Virus record (IMG/VR): IMGVR_UViG_3300025121_000776
Location: 1 to 64,000 of that record
DNA length: 64,000 nucleotides
Origin: a virus
Reading direction: 5' to 3' (one strand)
Shown here: positions 18,929 through 28,795 of the stretch, piece by piece
Position numbering within the stretch: the stretch's first letter is position 1
How the letters are laid out: the number at the start of each line of letters is the position of its first letter
Notes under the pieces: generated by a model
Told to the model about the DNA's origin: nothing
Databases searched by the model: none
Seen by the model: only the letters and a program-made list of their open reading frames with translations
Made by a program: the position numbers and the translations under genes

Positions 18929-20882
18929 GTGTCAAAAAAATACTCAATACAACTAGTTCAGTTTAATAACAAATATGGTTCACAAGTTTACCTACCATAT
19001 AGCATTGGGATTTTATCTAGTTATGCTTTAGCAGATAAGGAAATTTTAGACAAATTTGAATTTAAAGAATTTATTTCTATTATAGAAAGTGTTCCCGACT
19101 TAGTAAAAAAAATAGGACATTCTTGGAATTTCTTGTTATAATTGGAATTGGGAATTAAGTTTAAAATTGGCAGAAGAAGTAAGAAAAACAAATCCCAATT
19201 GTTTAATAATTATGGGTGGTCCACAAATTCCTAATGAAATTTCTAATTTTTTTGAACTACACCCATTTGCTGATATTGCTGTGCATGGAGAGGGAGAAGT
19301 GACTTTTCATGAAATATTAAAAAAATATTCTTCAGACCTAAGCAATCTTAAAAAAATACCTGGAACCACATTTTATGACAGAAAAAATAATAAAGTTATA
19401 AAATCTTTACACAGGGATATAATTTCTGACCTTAATATTATACCCTCACCTTACTTAAGTGGAATATTTGACAAGTTGTTGGATGATAGAGAATATGCAT
19501 GGATGATAACCTGGGAAACTAATCGTGGATGTCCGTTTAAATGTACTTTTTGCGATTGGGGTTCGGCCACAGAATCTAAAGTTAGAAAATTTGATAACGA
19601 TAGATTATTAAAAGAATTGGATTATTTTTCAGAAAAAAAAGTTGAACTTATATTTGGAGCAGATGCTAATTTTGGCATATTCAAAAGAGATAAAGAATAC
19701 GCAATAAGAATGGCCGACAACAAAGAGAAGTGTGGATATCCAAAACAATTTAGAGTTTGTTTTACAAAGAACTCTACAGATAAAGTTTTTGAGTTATCTC
19801 AAATTTTTGATAAAGCTAGAATGAACAAAGGGGTGTCAATAAGTATGCAGTCCTTAAACACACAAACTTTACAAAACATCCAAAGGACAAATATAAAAAT
19901 GGATTTTTTCAATGAGTTGCAAAAAAGATATAATGCGCATGGGCTTACTACATATACTGAATTGATTTTACCACTTCCAGGAGAAACTTATGAATCATTT
20001 ATTGATGGAATAGATTTACTTCTTGACAATTCACAACATTCTGGAATTGTTGTTTATAATTGTGTGGTAATGCCAAACGCAAAGATGGGAAATGCGCAAT
20101 ACAAAGAGAAATTCGGCTTAAAAACAACAAAAATCCCCATCTTCCAAGCTCACTCTGATTTTAAAAATTCATTTGATGTAATAGAAAAAGAAGAACTTGT
20201 TATTGAAACTAAAACTATGAATAAGTTTGATTATATAAAGTCTTTTAAGTATAGTTGGATAGTTCAGAGCATGCATATGTTGGGGACTTTGCAAATTGTT
20301 GCCATTGTATTTAGATATCATTTTGGAATTAAATATTCAGAATTTTATAAAGGAATTTTAGAATATGGAAAATTAAATCCCCAGACTATAATTGGAAAGG
20401 AAATTAAAAAAATTGATGAAATATTAAATGGAGTATTGGGTGGAAATGGGTTTGAACAAGAGATTGAAGAGTTTGAATCTATAGTTTGGCCACCAGAAGA
20501 AGCTACATATTTAAGAGTTTCTGAAAATATTGACAATTTTTATTCAGAAATAGGAGATTTTCTGTACAAAAAGTATCACAACCTTTTTAAAGACAATGAA
20601 ATTCTAAACGATATATTAAAATATCAAAAAATAATAAATGTAAGATTTGACAACCAATCTAATAAAACAATTTCTTTATCTTATGACATTCATAATTTTT
20701 TTGAAGATTGTAGAGTGGGAATTTTTAATGAACTCGAAAAAAAAGAAGTCAGCATCTCAATTTTTCCAAGCACATCATTTAAAAACAAAAAAGACTTTTC
20801 AAGAGAAGTCGTTTGGTATGGGAGAAAAGGAGGAAAATTTTTCCACTCAGCAAAAGAAATAACAAAAGTTAACACAATATGA
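18929..20882 (+). pseudogene. Cobalamin-binding radical SAM enzyme split by a frameshift near 19113-19116
   Basis: 18929..19141 encodes the B12-domain start (YLPYSIGIL); the +1 frame from 19116 reads DILGISCYNWNWELSLKLAEE into the 19167..20882 ORF with NRGCPFKCTFC. Confidence 0.75.
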
Positions 20883-21673
20883 AACAGATTATAAATTCTT
20901 ACACATATCCAGACTTCCCAAATATAGAAGTTGATTATAAAAAACAAATAAGATTTTTTGTTGATGGGTTTGAGGGCTATTACGTAAATGAAGATAGTTT
21001 TAAAATACTAATGGTAAAAGAGGTTGAAGAAATATGTAAACTTAAAAAAGTTGTAATAGAAAATCAACATATGTTTGACGCTATATTAACTTATGATGAA
21101 GATATTTTAAATAATTGTAAACATTCATATTTTATGCCATTTGGTACCACCTGGATTCACGATTATAAGTTTCCAGAAAAAAAATTCCAAGTATCAAATA
21201 TTACAGGACACAAAGAATTTACAAATGGACATTTGTTGAGAAAAAAAATACATTATAAACAAAAAAGCATAACAACCCCAACAGATTTTTATATAAGTAA
21301 ATTTCTTGGAGTAGAAAATTTTAATAATAACAAAATACTTGGAGAGTTTAAAGACCCCCTTTTTGACTCACAATTTCATATTTGCATAGAGAACTCAAGG
21401 CAGAAAAATTGTTTTACAGAAAAAGTAATGGATTGTTTTGTTACAAAAACAGTTCCCATATACTGGGGATGTCCAAATATTGGAGATTTTTTTGACACAG
21501 ACTCAATTTTCATCGTTAATAATTTTAAAGAGATTATAGACTGTTGCAACAACTTAACATCAGAAACTTATCAAAATATGCTTCCGTCAATAGAAAAAAA
21601 CCTTGAGCTATCAAAAAACTATTCTGATTCAGTCGATAATATTAAAAAAATACTCAAAAAGATTTTATATTAA
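20879..21673 (+). CDS. GT10-like glycosyltransferase, paralog of 4182..4982
   Basis: FHICIEN...CFTEKVMDC...TVPIYWGC motif. Confidence 0.7.
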   Translation: MKQIINSYTYPDFPNIEVDYKKQIRFFVDGFEGYYVNEDSFKILMVKEVEEICKLKKVVIENQHMFDAILTYDEDILNNCKHSYFMPFGTTWIHDYKFPEKKFQVSNITGHKEFTNGHLLRKKIHYKQKSITTPTDFYISKFLGVENFNNNKILGEFKDPLFDSQFHICIENSRQKNCFTEKVMDCFVTKTVPIYWGCPNIGDFFDTDSIFIVNNFKEIIDCCNNLTSETYQNMLPSIEKNLELSKNYSDSVDNIKKILKKILY

Positions 21674-21714
21674 AAATAATTTTTATTATATTCTATAAAA
21701 ATTATTTTTAATAT
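21667..21714. repeat. Perfect 20-bp AT-only inverted repeat spanning the GT10 stop and GT11 start
   Basis: ATATTAAAAATAATTTTTAT (21667-21686) / ATAAAAATTATTTTTAATAT (21695-21714), 8-nt loop; includes TAA 21671-21673 and the AT of ATG 21713. Confidence 0.75.
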
Positions 21715-22501
21715 GGATAAAGTATCTGCAAAACTTAAGGGCGGATTGTGTAATTACATGTTTCAAATAGCATGTGCGTATTCTTATTCTATAAAAAACA
21801 ACAAAGAGTGTTTTTTTACAACAGATGATTCTGTGGTAAGGCACAATCATGTAGATAATTATAAAAACAATGTTTTAAATAATGTAGTTTTTCTTAACAC
21901 CTACAACTTCAATTCTTTTGCAAAGTATAATGAGCCTCATTATTACTATACAGAAATTCCTAGTTTTAATGATAATGTATATTTAGATGGAGATTTTCAA
22001 AGTGAAAAACACTTTAAGAAAAATGAAAAAGAAATTAAAACACTTTTTTCTTACCCCAACGAAGTAGTAAGTAAAATTGTAAACAAATGGGAGCATTTAC
22101 TAAAAAAAGAAACATGTTCTATTCACATAAGAAGAGGAGATTATCTAAAATATCAAGATGCTTATACAATTTTGGGTTTAGATTATTATTTAAAAGCGTC
22201 TGAACAAATGCCAGAAAATAGTATTTTTCTCATTTTTTCCGATGATTTACAATGGTGTAAAGACAATTTTCCAGAAATTCCAGAAAAATTTATTTTTATA
22301 GAGTCACAAAAGGATTATGAAGATTTATTGCTCATGTCTTTGTGTAAAAATAACATAATTTCAAATTCATCATTTTCTTGGTGGGCAGCCTGGCTTAACT
22401 CAAATGAAAATAAAATTGTCATAGCTCCAAATAAATGGTTTAGTGTTAAGTCTTCTTATAATACTAAAGATTTGTATTGTGATAATTGGATAAAATTATA
22501 A
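21713..22501 (+). CDS. GT11 alpha-1,2-fucosyl/colitosyltransferase
   Basis: LKGGLCNYMFQ, YLDGDFQSEKHF, SIHIRRGDY, FLIFSDD..WC, IISNSSFSWWAAWL. Confidence 0.85.
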   Translation: MDKVSAKLKGGLCNYMFQIACAYSYSIKNNKECFFTTDDSVVRHNHVDNYKNNVLNNVVFLNTYNFNSFAKYNEPHYYYTEIPSFNDNVYLDGDFQSEKHFKKNEKEIKTLFSYPNEVVSKIVNKWEHLLKKETCSIHIRRGDYLKYQDAYTILGLDYYLKASEQMPENSIFLIFSDDLQWCKDNFPEIPEKFIFIESQKDYEDLLLMSLCKNNIISNSSFSWWAAWLNSNENKIVIAPNKWFSVKSSYNTKDLYCDNWIKL

Positions 22502-22510
22502 ATTAAATAT

Positions 22511-23434
22511 ATGAAAGCAATAGTAACAGGCTCAAATGGGCTTTTAGGCTCAGCGTTAAAAAACAATTTAGGAGAGGGACATATTTATCACACTAGACAA
22601 AATTGTGATTTATTAAGAACAAACGAGGTAAATTCTTATTTCTCAGAATTAAGCAGTAAAAATCCCCCAGATACAATTATACATTGTGCAGCAAGAGTTG
22701 GGGGCGTACAAGCCAATATGGATAATAATAAAGGCTTTTTCTTAGAAAATCTTTATATAAATAATGCCATAATTGGCGCAGCAGTTGTTTATGATTATAA
22801 AAATGTTGTAAATATTTTATCTACCTGTATTTTTCCAGACAAAGAGGTTATATATCCACTGACCGCAGACCAAATTGATAACGGGACTCCCCACCCATCA
22901 AATCATGGCTATTCTTATTCAAAAAGACTTTTATATCATTCCACAAGATACTGCAGAGAGGTTACGGGAAACAATTGGATTTCTATTATTCCAAATAATA
23001 TTTATGGAGAAAATGATAACTTTAATTTAGAAAAAGGTCACCTGGTTCCTGCTTTAATAAGAAAAGCGCATGAGGCATCTATTTCTGGGGAAGATTTTAT
23101 TGTATGGGGAGATGGAACTCCATTGAGACAATTTTTATATTCAGATGACCTGGCAAAAGTTATTTTGTGGGCTATTGAAAATTGGGATTCTGGCGTTCCT
23201 ATGATGGCTGTAAACGAAACTGAGTATTCTATTAAACAAATCGTAGATGTCATCGCAAATCGCTTTAAAATAAGCCAGGATAGAATTAAATATGATATTA
23301 CCAAACCAAAAGGACAATTTAGAAAACCAGCCAAGTCAGATATCCCAAAAGAATTCAAACTTACAGGAATTGAAGAAGGGTTAAACAAAACAATAGATTG
23401 GTATTTAAAAAACATAAATAACTTTAGAAAATAA
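22511..23434 (+). CDS. fcl: GDP-L-fucose synthase / ColC-like epimerase-reductase
   Basis: TGSNGLLGSA, HCAARVGG...N, STCIFP, YSYSKR, PNNIYG..DNF, HLVPALIRK, WGDGTPLRQFLYSDD. Confidence 0.85.
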   Translation: MKAIVTGSNGLLGSALKNNLGEGHIYHTRQNCDLLRTNEVNSYFSELSSKNPPDTIIHCAARVGGVQANMDNNKGFFLENLYINNAIIGAAVVYDYKNVVNILSTCIFPDKEVIYPLTADQIDNGTPHPSNHGYSYSKRLLYHSTRYCREVTGNNWISIIPNNIYGENDNFNLEKGHLVPALIRKAHEASISGEDFIVWGDGTPLRQFLYSDDLAKVILWAIENWDSGVPMMAVNETEYSIKQIVDVIANRFKISQDRIKYDITKPKGQFRKPAKSDIPKEFKLTGIEEGLNKTIDWYLKNINNFRK

Positions 23435-23435
23435 T

Positions 23436-24602
23436 ATGGCAAAAATTACTTTAGTAAGCGATACAATTAACAGGGAAGATGTTAATGCTTTAATAGAATG
23501 GTTACAACAAGACCCAATTCCAAGGCTAACAAAAGGTGACCTCACCGTTTCGTTAGAAAAAAAATGGGCAAAAAAAGTTGGAACAAAATATTCTGTATTT
23601 GTAAACTCTGGTTCATCGGCTATTTTGTTATTATTAGCAGCGTTAAAAGAAACTGGAAAATATAGCAACAAAATAATATGTCCAACCCTTAGCTGGATAA
23701 CAGATATAAGTTCTCCTATATTACTTGGATTTGAACCTATATTGTGTGATTGCAATTTGGAAGATTTATCTTGTGATTTAAACAATTTAGAACAAATATT
23801 CAAAGAAAACCAGGGCGATAAACCAATGCTGTTTATTTCTGTATCTCCTTTAGGAATAGTGCCTAAGATGAAAGAAATTCTAGAATTGTGTGAAAAATAT
23901 AATGTAAAATTATTAGAAGATAATTGTGAAAGTATGGGGTCTAAATATAGTGGGCAGATGCTTGGCTCATTTGGTTTAGCATCTGTTTATAGTATGTATT
24001 TTGGACACCATATCTCAACAATTGAAGGGGGTCTTATAAATACCAGTGATGATGAACTAAATACGATTTTGTTAGCAATGAGAAGTCATGGATGGAATAG
24101 AGATTTGTCATCTGAAGCCAAACAAAGCTTAAAAAAAGAATGGAATACTTCTGACTTTGACGAATTGTATTGTTTTTATTATCCAGGATTAAATCTACGT
24201 TCCACAGACGTTCAAGCATTTATTGGATTAAGGGCAATAGAAAAATTAGATTCTTATAGCGTGCTTCGCAATAGAAATTTTTGCTATTATCAAGATTTAA
24301 TAAAAAATAATAAGCTTAAGCTAGAAAATAGAGAAAGCTCATTTATTTCAAATCTTGGATACCCAGTAATTCACAAAGAAAGAAATGCTATTGTGGATGA
24401 ATTACAAAAAAACAAGATAGAAGCTAGACCATTAATAGCAGGCTCAATAGCTAATAAGCCGTTCTGGATAAAAAGATATGGAAAAACTACATTCCCGAAT
24501 GCAGATATAGTAGATAAGTTTGGACTTTATTTACCAAATCATCAAGATTTATCTTTGGAAGACATAACTTTTATTTCAAATATTATTAATAAATTTTCCT
24601 AA
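23436..24602 (+). CDS. colD: ColD-like GDP-4-keto-6-deoxymannose 3-dehydratase (DegT fold, His in place of catalytic Lys)
   Basis: [29 protein letters not shown] (H at the Lys position), RSHGWNRD without the E1 GRDCxC Fe-S motif. Confidence 0.75.
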   Translation: MAKITLVSDTINREDVNALIEWLQQDPIPRLTKGDLTVSLEKKWAKKVGTKYSVFVNSGSSAILLLLAALKETGKYSNKIICPTLSWITDISSPILLGFEPILCDCNLEDLSCDLNNLEQIFKENQGDKPMLFISVSPLGIVPKMKEILELCEKYNVKLLEDNCESMGSKYSGQMLGSFGLASVYSMYFGHHISTIEGGLINTSDDELNTILLAMRSHGWNRDLSSEAKQSLKKEWNTSDFDELYCFYYPGLNLRSTDVQAFIGLRAIEKLDSYSVLRNRNFCYYQDLIKNNKLKLENRESSFISNLGYPVIHKERNAIVDELQKNKIEARPLIAGSIANKPFWIKRYGKTTFPNADIVDKFGLYLPNHQDLSLEDITFISNIINKFS

Positions 24603-24661
24603 TTTTATCTTTAATTTATTATTTTCTGTTGCTATATTTTAATTGTTTAAACATAAAATAT

Positions 24662-25693
24662 ATGCAAAAGAAAGTTTTAATATTTGGAATTACAGGTCAA
24701 GATGGTTCGTATTTATCTGAATTGCTATTAGAAAAAAATTATGAAGTTCATGGAGTGATTAGAAGAAGTAGTTCTTTTAACACAAGAAAAATAGACCACA
24801 TTTACGATAAATTAAAATTACATTACGGAGATGTAACTGACCCCCTTGTAATTTCTAATCTACTTGATAAAATACGCCCAGATGAAGTTTATAATCTTGC
24901 CGCACAATCACATGTTCAAGTGTCTTTTGAAATTCCGTATTATACGGGGCAAGTAGATGCAATAGGAACGTTAAACATTTTAGAAGCAATAAAAAACCAT
25001 TGCCCCAAATCAAAGTTTTACCAAGCATCAACTTCCGAGCTCTTTGGCAAAGTTCAAGAAACTCCACAAAAAGAAACAACTCCATTTTATCCAAGAAGTC
25101 CATATGGTGTAGCAAAGTTATACGGATATTGGATTGTAAAAAACTTTAGAGAAGCTTATGGAATGTTTGCGTGCAACGGAATTCTATTTAATCATGAAAG
25201 TCCAAGGCGTGGATTGACTTTTGTCACCAGGAAAATTACATCCGAATTAGTAAGAATAAAGTACGGTGACAAAACTACTACATTAAAACTTGGAAACTTA
25301 GAGGCACAAAGAGACTGGGGGCACGCAAAAGAATACGTGGAAGGAATGTGGAGAATGTTACAACAAAACGAACCAGAAGATTTTGTATTGGCTACTGGAA
25401 AACTCTGTTCCGTTAGACAATTCATTGAACTTGCTGCAAAAGAATTGGATTATGAGATTGAATGGATAGGTGATGGAATAGATGAAAAAGGATATGACAA
25501 AATAACTGGTAAATTATTAGTTGAGATTGACCCAAAATATTTTAGACCAACAGAAGTTGACTTGCTTTTGGGAGACGCTACCAAAGCAAAAGAGAAGTTG
25601 GGCTGGGAACCAAAAATAAAATTTGAAGACTTGGTTAAAGAAATAATAAAAGGCGACATTGAACAACTTGTAAATTATGGAAAAATAGAATAA
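24662..25693 (+). CDS. gmd: GDP-mannose 4,6-dehydratase
   Basis: [59 protein letters not shown]; ATG at 24662 preferred over TTG 24629. Confidence 0.95.
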   Translation: MQKKVLIFGITGQDGSYLSELLLEKNYEVHGVIRRSSSFNTRKIDHIYDKLKLHYGDVTDPLVISNLLDKIRPDEVYNLAAQSHVQVSFEIPYYTGQVDAIGTLNILEAIKNHCPKSKFYQASTSELFGKVQETPQKETTPFYPRSPYGVAKLYGYWIVKNFREAYGMFACNGILFNHESPRRGLTFVTRKITSELVRIKYGDKTTTLKLGNLEAQRDWGHAKEYVEGMWRMLQQNEPEDFVLATGKLCSVRQFIELAAKELDYEIEWIGDGIDEKGYDKITGKLLVEIDPKYFRPTEVDLLLGDATKAKEKLGWEPKIKFEDLVKEIIKGDIEQLVNYGKIE

Positions 25694-25695
25694 AT

Positions 25696-25726
25696 TTTGT
25701 ATTTCTATTTTTATTTTATATATTTG
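25696..25726 (+). promoter_or_regulatory. Bacteroidota-type primary-sigma promoter (-33/-7)
   Basis: TTTG 25696-25699, 19-nt spacer, TATATTTG 25719-25726; ATG at 25747. Confidence 0.65.
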
Positions 25727-25746
25727 CCCAAATAAAAACAATAGAC

Positions 25747-27306
25747 ATGAAATTTAAAGACTTAACAGAAAACGACATTAATTATGCAAGAAAAATTTAT
25801 AAAGACAATTCTTTATCTTGGGACACAAGAATGTTAACGCTAATGAATTTTTTTAATAAAGGAGAGCGCACTGTAAGGAAATGGTGTTCTGAAAAATTAG
25901 GCTTTGCCGAAAAAAACGAAGTACTTCCAGAGCAACTAGAAGTTGCAAAACAAAAACAACATGATGTAAGTAAAAAAAGATTTTTGATTACTGCGGCACA
26001 AAATGCAACCAAAATAAATGTAGGGTTTTGGAAAAATTTGCAAGTATATGCAGAACATATTGGAGCAGAAATTTTAGTAATTCCATATAGATATCACAAT
26101 CCCACTAGTATTATTTTAGAAACAGATAAAAAACAAGAGTGGTGGGATGATAAAATTATTCCATATTTAACTTTAAATAGACATGACCTAAACAATAAAT
26201 TAACTGTACTTAGCAACGTTAAGATTCAGCCTACTGCAATGCTTCCATTGCAAAATCTCGAATCACTTTGTAGAGAGTCGTGTATAGTAGGGCATCCTAG
26301 AGTGCATATGAAATCTTTACCAGTTATAGATGATAAACCAAGAATTATGTTTACAACTGGCAATTTAACTAAACCAAATTTCACCGATTCAAAAATTGGG
26401 CATATTTCAGAATTTCATTTAACATATGGCGCTGTAATTGTAGAAATAAAAGATGAAGAAACTTTTTATGCAAGACAAATAACTGCAAAAGATAATGGCA
26501 ATTTTAATGATTTATATTGGAATGTTAATGATGGAAAAGTAACAAGAAATCACGAAGTATCAGCGGTAATTAAAGGTGATATACATTATGGAGCTCATGA
26601 CGAAAAGGTTATTAATAGGTCATTTTCAGAATTGATTCCTAAATTAAATCCTAAAGAAATATTTTTACACGATTTAGCAGACTTTAAAAGCATTAATCCA
26701 CACGAAGAAAAAAACTGGATTCAACAATATAGAAATGAAGTAGAAGAAGTAAGTTCATTAAAGAATGAAATTGAAAAAATACTAAATTTCTTAGATACTA
26801 TTAAAAAATATAACTTAGTTATTGTTTTTTCTAATCACGATAACTTCCTTGATAGATTTATTATCAACGCAGACCCTAAAAAAAATATAAAGAATGCATT
26901 TGAGTTTATTGAATACGCAAAAGTTTTATTAGAAAATAAGGCTCCAAACGGACTTCTGGGGTATATAATAAATCAAAAATTTCCAAATATTAAATGTTTA
27001 CCCAGAGACGGTTCATATAAAGTAAAGGGGTGGGAATTAAGTAAACATGGAATGGATGGTGCAGGAGGGTCTAAAGGAGGTATTCAACAATTTAAACGCC
27101 TAAACACAAAAATTGTAACTGCTCACTCACACGGTGTAGCAAGATTTGATGGTGCGGTACAAGTTGGATGTAATTGTAAATTAAGACAGGGCTATAATCA
27201 TGGAGCATCTGATTGGGTACACTCAGATGTTATCATTCATAACGATGGAAAGTGCCAAACTATTTTATATATCGGAAAAAACGCAGAATTTACTACTTTT
27301 GAATAA
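25747..27306 (+). CDS. Calcineurin-like metallophosphoesterase with N-terminal HTH (T5 A1-like)
   Basis: ITAAQNAT, GDIHYG, HDLAD, SNHD, KHG, AHSH motifs; GERTVRKW HTH-like segment. Confidence 0.65.
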   Translation: MKFKDLTENDINYARKIYKDNSLSWDTRMLTLMNFFNKGERTVRKWCSEKLGFAEKNEVLPEQLEVAKQKQHDVSKKRFLITAAQNATKINVGFWKNLQVYAEHIGAEILVIPYRYHNPTSIILETDKKQEWWDDKIIPYLTLNRHDLNNKLTVLSNVKIQPTAMLPLQNLESLCRESCIVGHPRVHMKSLPVIDDKPRIMFTTGNLTKPNFTDSKIGHISEFHLTYGAVIVEIKDEETFYARQITAKDNGNFNDLYWNVNDGKVTRNHEVSAVIKGDIHYGAHDEKVINRSFSELIPKLNPKEIFLHDLADFKSINPHEEKNWIQQYRNEVEEVSSLKNEIEKILNFLDTIKKYNLVIVFSNHDNFLDRFIINADPKKNIKNAFEFIEYAKVLLENKAPNGLLGYIINQKFPNIKCLPRDGSYKVKGWELSKHGMDGAGGSKGGIQQFKRLNTKIVTAHSHGVARFDGAVQVGCNCKLRQGYNHGASDWVHSDVIIHNDGKCQTILYIGKNAEFTTFE

Positions 27307-28573
27307 CTCCATATTCAATTAATTTATTTTCTATATCTTTTATTTCATTAATTACTATTAAGAGAATATTGTTGTTATTACAGTATTCTTTTTTTATCTT
27401 ATCATGTCTTACTGTATACTCTAAAGATTTGTCCCCTCCAAAGAAACTTATAGGAGAATAATGCTGAATTCCGTTAAATTCGATGCAACAATTACTTTTT
27501 GGTAAATAAAAGTCAAATGGCAATAAACCTTTGTCTTTACAGTTATTGAATTTATGCTGAGATAAAAAACATATGTTATTTTTATTTAAGAAGTTTCTTA
27601 TTAGCTTTTCTCCAACAGATTCTTTGCAAATAGGGCATCCACATGCAGCGAGATGTGTGCCAGCAACCTGTTCAAAAATTCCATGCTTTTTACAAATTAT
27701 TTTTATTTTACTTATATTGTTCTTATACACAGATACGGAGTAATCATATTTTTCTCCATGTATTAATTTTGATTTATTTACAAATTCATCTGTTGTTAAT
27801 TTTTTTGTTTTGGAACATTGTATACATCCGTGTTTTTTTAAGTGTTTTGATGCTTTTTGTTTAAAATTTCCATGCTTCGGGCATATTATAATTACTTTAT
27901 CATCCATCGTTTTATAATTTACTAAAAAATAATTGTATTTAAAATTATGAATTAAATTTGCTTTTTTAATAAACTCTTCTTTGCTTAAGGGATAATTTGG
28001 AGAGCATTTTTTACAACCTACTTTATCATTTGTGTGAGAATTCGCTCTCACCAAAAAGTTTCCATGTATAGGACATGTGATTGTAATTTTTTTGTCTCCA
28101 CTTGTATATATAGATAAGGAATAATCATATTTATCTCCGTGAATTTTTTTCGATTTCTTTATGAAATCTTCAGATGTCATTTTATTATTACCAGCACACT
28201 TTTGACACCCGCTACCAAGTAGATGCCTATGTGGAGTTTGCTTAAATACTCCATGAGTTTTGCACATTATTTCAACTTTACTTTTATTGCTTTTATATAT
28301 GACTAATGAATAATCATATTTTTCTCCATGAATTTTTTTTGATTTTTTTATAAATTCATAAGTTGTTAAAAATTTATTTAAAGTGCATTTTTTACATCCA
28401 CATCCTTGATTAATGTGATAATCTGGGATTTGTTCAAATATTCCATGAGTTTTACAGATGATTTTTATTTTTTTATGGCTATTTTCATATTCAGTTAAAG
28501 AATAATCGTATCTGTCTCCATGTACTTTTTTTGCTCTTAAAACAAAGTCTTGTGTTGTTAATTTTTTAGGCAT
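27293..28573 (-). mobile_element. Homing-endonuclease-like protein: five DUF723-type Cys/His repeats plus a PD-(D/E)xK/Vsr-like nuclease domain
   Basis: 5 x F..K...IHG..YDYS...Y....K..I.C..HG.F......H....GC..C; then S.GE..I...L, PFDFYLP...CIEFNGIQHY; ATG at 28573 preferred. Confidence 0.8.
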
Positions 28574-28730
28574 GATATTCACCTTTCATTTTGTTAAAAT
28601 GCTCAATTAACAACCACTCAATAAATTTAGATTTGTTTTTAATTTCTTCTAAATGAATGTATAATTCATTAGGAATTCTCACAGCAATCGTTTGTTTTTG
28701 TTTTTCTAAATCAATTTTCTTTCTTCCCAT
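28566..28730 (-). CDS. Small ribbon-helix-helix-like DNA-binding protein (54 aa, not in ORF track)
   Basis: MGRKKIDLEKQKQTIAVRIPNELYIHLEEIKNKSKFIEWLLIEHFNKMKGEYHA; overlaps the endonuclease start. Confidence 0.55.
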   Translation of the reverse strand: MGRKKIDLEKQKQTIAVRIPNELYIHLEEIKNKSKFIEWLLIEHFNKMKGEYHA

Positions 28731-28795
28731 AATAAATATTATTAATGTTTACTATAAATAGAAGTAAAAAATAAAAACAGAACAGGTCGTGTAAA

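Noticed and set aside
19105-19112. A8 tract as a phase-variation switch for the split B12 radical SAM gene
   Set aside because: Changing the tract length to reach the +1 frame puts TAG in frame, so slippage cannot restore the protein. A8 runs are also common here.
159-25693. Ordinary bacterial LPS/capsule locus
   Set aside because: There are no transporter, polymerase or initiating transferase genes, and the island is contiguous and compositionally similar with clear phage genes. A chimeric assembly cannot be excluded without reads.
27600-28570. Repetitive DNA that might be a CRISPR array or tandem repeat
   Set aside because: The repeats are degenerate, about 60-65-codon protein-domain repeats inside the endonuclease ORF, not identical repeats with spacers.
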